A stretch of 64,000 nucleotides of DNA, taken from positions 3,410,001 to 3,474,000 of the forward strand of contig NC_073414.1 of assembly GCF_028641065.1 (NCBI RefSeq), given 5' to 3'. Shown here piece after piece: positions 60,259 to 64,000 of the stretch. Each line of letters starts with the position of its first letter. Positions within the stretch are counted from its first letter, which is position 1. This stretch comes from Leucoraja erinacea. Lineage: Eukaryota. Position numbers and translations under genes: made by a program. The notes under the pieces are model-generated. The model was not told the DNA's origin, searched no databases, and was given only the letters and a program-made list of their open reading frames with translations.

Positions 60259-60745
60259 AGGGCCTGTCCCACTTGGGTGACCTAATCCGCGGGTTCTGGC
60301 GAGTTTGCCCTCGACTCATATTCGCAGCATGGTCGACACGAGGTCGTAGGAGGTCTGCGTAACTCTCCTTCATGCTCGAGAGTGGTCTCCGCGTACTCGA
60401 GGCCTCAGCTAGGTCGCGGCGTTTCTTTCAATAGGTTAAAAAATGCCAGTGAGTAAAAAAAGGTTGCCATGGAAAAAATCGATACTTTTTCTAGTCATAG
60501 TAGGTCGGCATGTTAGTCGTAGGTAATCGAGGGTGGTCGAGGGTAGTCGTAGAAAGTCTTCATCATAGTTGAAGGAGATCGAAGGAGGTCATCTTCACTC
60601 TCTACTATTTGGTGACCAATTTTCCCGAAGTTAGTCATAGATAGTCAAAGCTGGTCTTCTATATAGTCGAAGGAGGTCTTCAACATGAAATTTTTTAAAA
60701 CTCTTCTAAACTCGCCAATTAGGTTGCCTAAGTGGGACAGGCCCT
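60259..60745. mobile_element. PIF/Harbinger-like MITE
   Basis: AGGGCCTGTCCCACTTGGGTGACCTAAT ... ATTAGGTTGCCTAAGTGGGACAGGCCCT then TAA. Confidence 0.72.
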
Positions 60746-60769
60746 TAAGACAACTTGTTCTGTTTGATG

Positions 60770-61055
60770 GTACACAAAATTGCTGGAGAAACTCAGCGGG
60801 TGCAGCAGCATCTATGGAGCGAAGAAAATAGGCGACGTTTCGGGCTGAAACCCTTCTTCAGACTGATGGGGGGTGGGAGGGGAGAAGGAAGGAAAAAGGG
60901 GAGGAGGAGGAGCCCGAGGGCAGGGGGATGGGAGGAGACAGCTCGAGGGTTAAAGAAGGGGAGGAGACAGCAAGGGCTAGCAAAATTGGGAGAATTCAAC
61001 ATTCATGCCATCAGGATGCAAGCTGCCCAGGCAGAATATGAGGTGCTGTTCCTCC
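60770..61055 (-). mobile_element. Penelope-like element 3' end
   Basis: EEQHLIFCLGSLHPDGMNVEFS remnant plus terminal repeat with hammerhead-like core. Confidence 0.75.
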
Positions 61056-61824
61056 GTTTGATCTGTTCCTCTGTTTGTGCACGCCAGGTTGATTGCATTC
61101 GTCGAAACAGGGCGGGCCACGTGAAGGTTGCAATCTCCCACACTTGGACTGGTACATGGACAGGAAAGGTTGAGAGGGATATGGGCCAAAGCTAGCAAAT
61201 GAGACTAGTTTGGATGGGGCATCTCGGTCAGCGTGGACAGGTTGGGTCAAAGGGCCTGTTTCTATGCTGTATGACTCTATGAATCCATGAGAAAGCTGCT
61301 GGGGAATTTTTGAAATCACAACTGATTCAGTGAAATCCTTCAAGAAAATGAACCTGGCACTTCTACCCAGCCTGATGCTCCACGTGACTCTAATCCTGCT
61401 CCACTGTTTGAGTTTAATGCCCTCTGATTTGGCCTACTAAGCTACTCAGTTGTAAAAGAATAAAAACAATATTGGCACGAAGCAAGAAGTGCCTCTGTTC
61501 CCCTGCGGGATCGAACGTCCTGCACTCAGAGTAGGACTGCCAGCTTCGGCTGCACCCCAAGGGCAAATAAAAATTTAATACGACCTACAATTTATTTTCA
61601 CGTGGCTTACTTCAGTTGGGGGGGTCGGGGACTTCATGGAGGAATCTGGCAGAATTGTGCCTTCCTCTCACACGGGCTGACATCGCTCCGCACCAACGCA
61701 GCAGAATGAGTGCATTGAAACCAGAACAATTAGTTGAATGCCTGTTGACCTGTGAATGACACAGAAATGTACTGCAGCATTCAGTACAACCACTCCCCTG
61801 AGTGTTGGTAAGGGATAATTTTAA

Positions 61825-62447
61825 AGCACCAAAGGATTTGAGTATAAGAGCAGAGAGGTTCTACTGCAGTTGGACAGGGTCTTGGTGAGACCACACCTGG
61901 AGTATTGCGTACAGTTTTGGTCTCCAAATCTGAGGAAAGACATTCTTGCCATAGAGGGAGTACAGAGAAGGTTCACCAGACTGATTCCTGGGATGGCAGG
62001 ACTTTCATATGAAGAAAGACTGGATAGACTCGGGCTTGTACTCACTAGAATTTAGAAGATTGAGGGGGGATCTTATAGAAACTTACAAAATTCTTCAGGC
62101 TAGATGCAGGAAGATTGTTCCCGATGTTGGGGAAGTCCAGAACAAGGGGTCACAGTTTAAGGATAAGGGGGAAGTCTTTTAGGACCGAGATGAGAAAAAT
62201 TATATTTCACACAGAGAGTGGTGAATCTGTGGAATTCTCTGCCACAGAAAGTAGTTGAGGCCAGTTCATTGGCTATATTTAAGAGGGAGTTAGGTGTGGC
62301 CCTTGTGGCTAAGGGGATCGGGGGGTATGGAGTGAAGGCAGGTACAGGATACTGAGTTGGATGATCAGCCATGGTCATTTTGAATGGCGGTGCAGGCTCA
62401 AAGGGCCGAATGGCCTACTCCTGCACCTATTTTGTATGTTTCTATGT
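61825..62447 (+). mobile_element. CR1-clade LINE 3' fragment
   Basis: [36 protein letters not shown]; tail. Confidence 0.9.
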
Positions 62448-64000
62448 TCCTGTTACCCAGATCACCTTCAGACAACCTTCTCCTCCCTCTACCTAATAAT
62501 TATCCTTCAAGATGTCCATTCTTCATTACAACAAGCCAACTACCATGAGGAACTGAAGTATGCCCTGCCCTGATTTCTGGATGCTGAACTGCCGCGGACT
62601 GATTCAGGGACTAAGCTCCTACTTTCGAACAGCATGAGGAATATTTCTACCTTAGAAACGGGGAACTGCAGATGCTGGTTTACAACAAAAAGGCACAAAA
62701 GTGCTGAAGTAACTCAGCAGGTCAGACAGTATCCCCGGAAAACATGGATAGGTGACATTTCGGGTCCCAAATCAAAATCTATCCGTTCTACAGGGATGCT
62801 GCCTGACCTGCTGAGTTACTTCATCACTGTCTGTCTGTTTCTTCGAAATATATCTTATAGCTTGAGATATCCCATCCCCAATCTTGGCACATCTACCAAG
62901 CCTTTCCACTTGTCACTTTAATTTCATGTTTCATGTATTTTGTTTTTTTTTATTACTGTTGGCAGATCAATCTCTCTCCTGGGATAAATAAAATCCTATC
63001 ATATCGTATCATACCATAATTGCTGCATTCAGGATCAAATTCCAAATACATTCTGGAGTAAGCCACCCTGACACCATAAAAGAATTCCAAGACAAATCCT
63101 TCCCAACATTTTCCTTGCTTAAGAAGACATTTGGACAAAGATATCTGGAAACTACTACCAATGTTGAAGTGTTACTGGTGTGTAATTTGCAATTAGTTCC
63201 AGCTTGTACATATTAATCTGTCTTAATGCAGGCTTAAAGTAACACAGACCAGGATTTGTTATGCTAAATATTTGACTTAACATGTAGTGTAACATTTCTG
63301 CTGTTGAGAGTAACACCAAATGAGCTCCCAACGCACTGTTTATTACACCTGATGCTGTGACCGCTCTCCTCACCACAAATGTTCCAATCGCTGGCACATT
63401 CTGTTACTCCACCATTCATTCATGGCTATCTCTGCCAACTAATCTCATTTGATGCTGTGGGAGACTAAAAATGCTGGAGAAACTCAGCAGGTAAGGCAGC
63501 ATCTATGGAGCGAAGGAAATAGGCGACGTTTCGGGTTGGGATCCTTCGCTACCAACTAATCTCATTTTCCCGCCTTCTCCCCTTTTCCTGCCTTATCTTG
63601 ATAAATTGTAAATGTTTAAGAAGGGAGACAAAAAATTAGGCCATTCTGCCCATCGAGTCTACTCCACCATTCATTCATGGCTGATCTCTGCCAACTAATC
63701 TCATTTTCCTGCCTTCTCCCCTTTTCCTGCCTTATCTTGATAAATTATAAATGTTTAAGAAGGGAGACTAAAAATGCTGGAGAAACTCAGCGGGTGAGGC
63801 AGCATCTATGGAGCGAAGGAATAGGTGACGTTTCGGGTCGAGACCCTTCTTCAGACTTTTTTCAGACTTCTTCTTTCGTGTGGCGTGCACAGCCTAAAGT
63901 TGTAGGATAACTTGTTCTATTTGATCTTCTGTTTGTGCACATGGTCCACCAACACCGCTGCGCTGGTCAAGAAGGCATAGCAATGACTGTTCTTCCTGAG

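Noticed and set aside
61480-61530. Isolated B-box-like GTTCGATCCC on the minus strand
   Set aside because: No matching A box or acceptor stem found; not supportable as a tRNA gene
63400-63800. Short local direct repeats
   Set aside because: Shuffled CR1 and Penelope fragments with no sign of function
56300-64000. Exons of a further gene (for example ACTN4) downstream of the calpain
   Set aside because: No recognisable coding exon found on either strand; isolated donor-like sites near 61605 and 61807 lack supporting reading frames

Overview
Eukaryotic, repeat-rich vertebrate DNA. The V-SINE/CR1/Penelope repeat spectrum suggests a cartilaginous fish such as a skate or ray (inference). There are three assembly gaps. 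Three intron-containing genes were reconstructed by hand from splice sites and translation: (1) the 5' coding part of CLIP3 on the minus strand (4 coding exons, running off the left edge); (2) a complete EIF3K on the plus strand (8 exons, 218 aa); (3) a complete classical calpain, CAPN12-like by synteny with EIF3K (20 visible coding exons, about 698 aa, intact Cys/His/Asn triad). Most ORFs in the supplied track are spurious or TE-derived. Notable observations: many Penelope-derived short elements carrying a minimal hammerhead-ribozyme core, often as fold-back pairs, one expanded into a 14 x 66 bp array; a palindrome-built ~40 bp minisatellite with repeated NRF1-like sites just upstream of EIF3K; two U12-type introns and one GC-AG intron; a ~1.9 kb tandem duplication of two calpain exons that may be an assembly artefact; a decayed copy of the calpain terminal exon; and a CR1 insertion flanked by a 122 bp direct repeat. 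No CRISPR array, rRNA or true tRNA gene was found.
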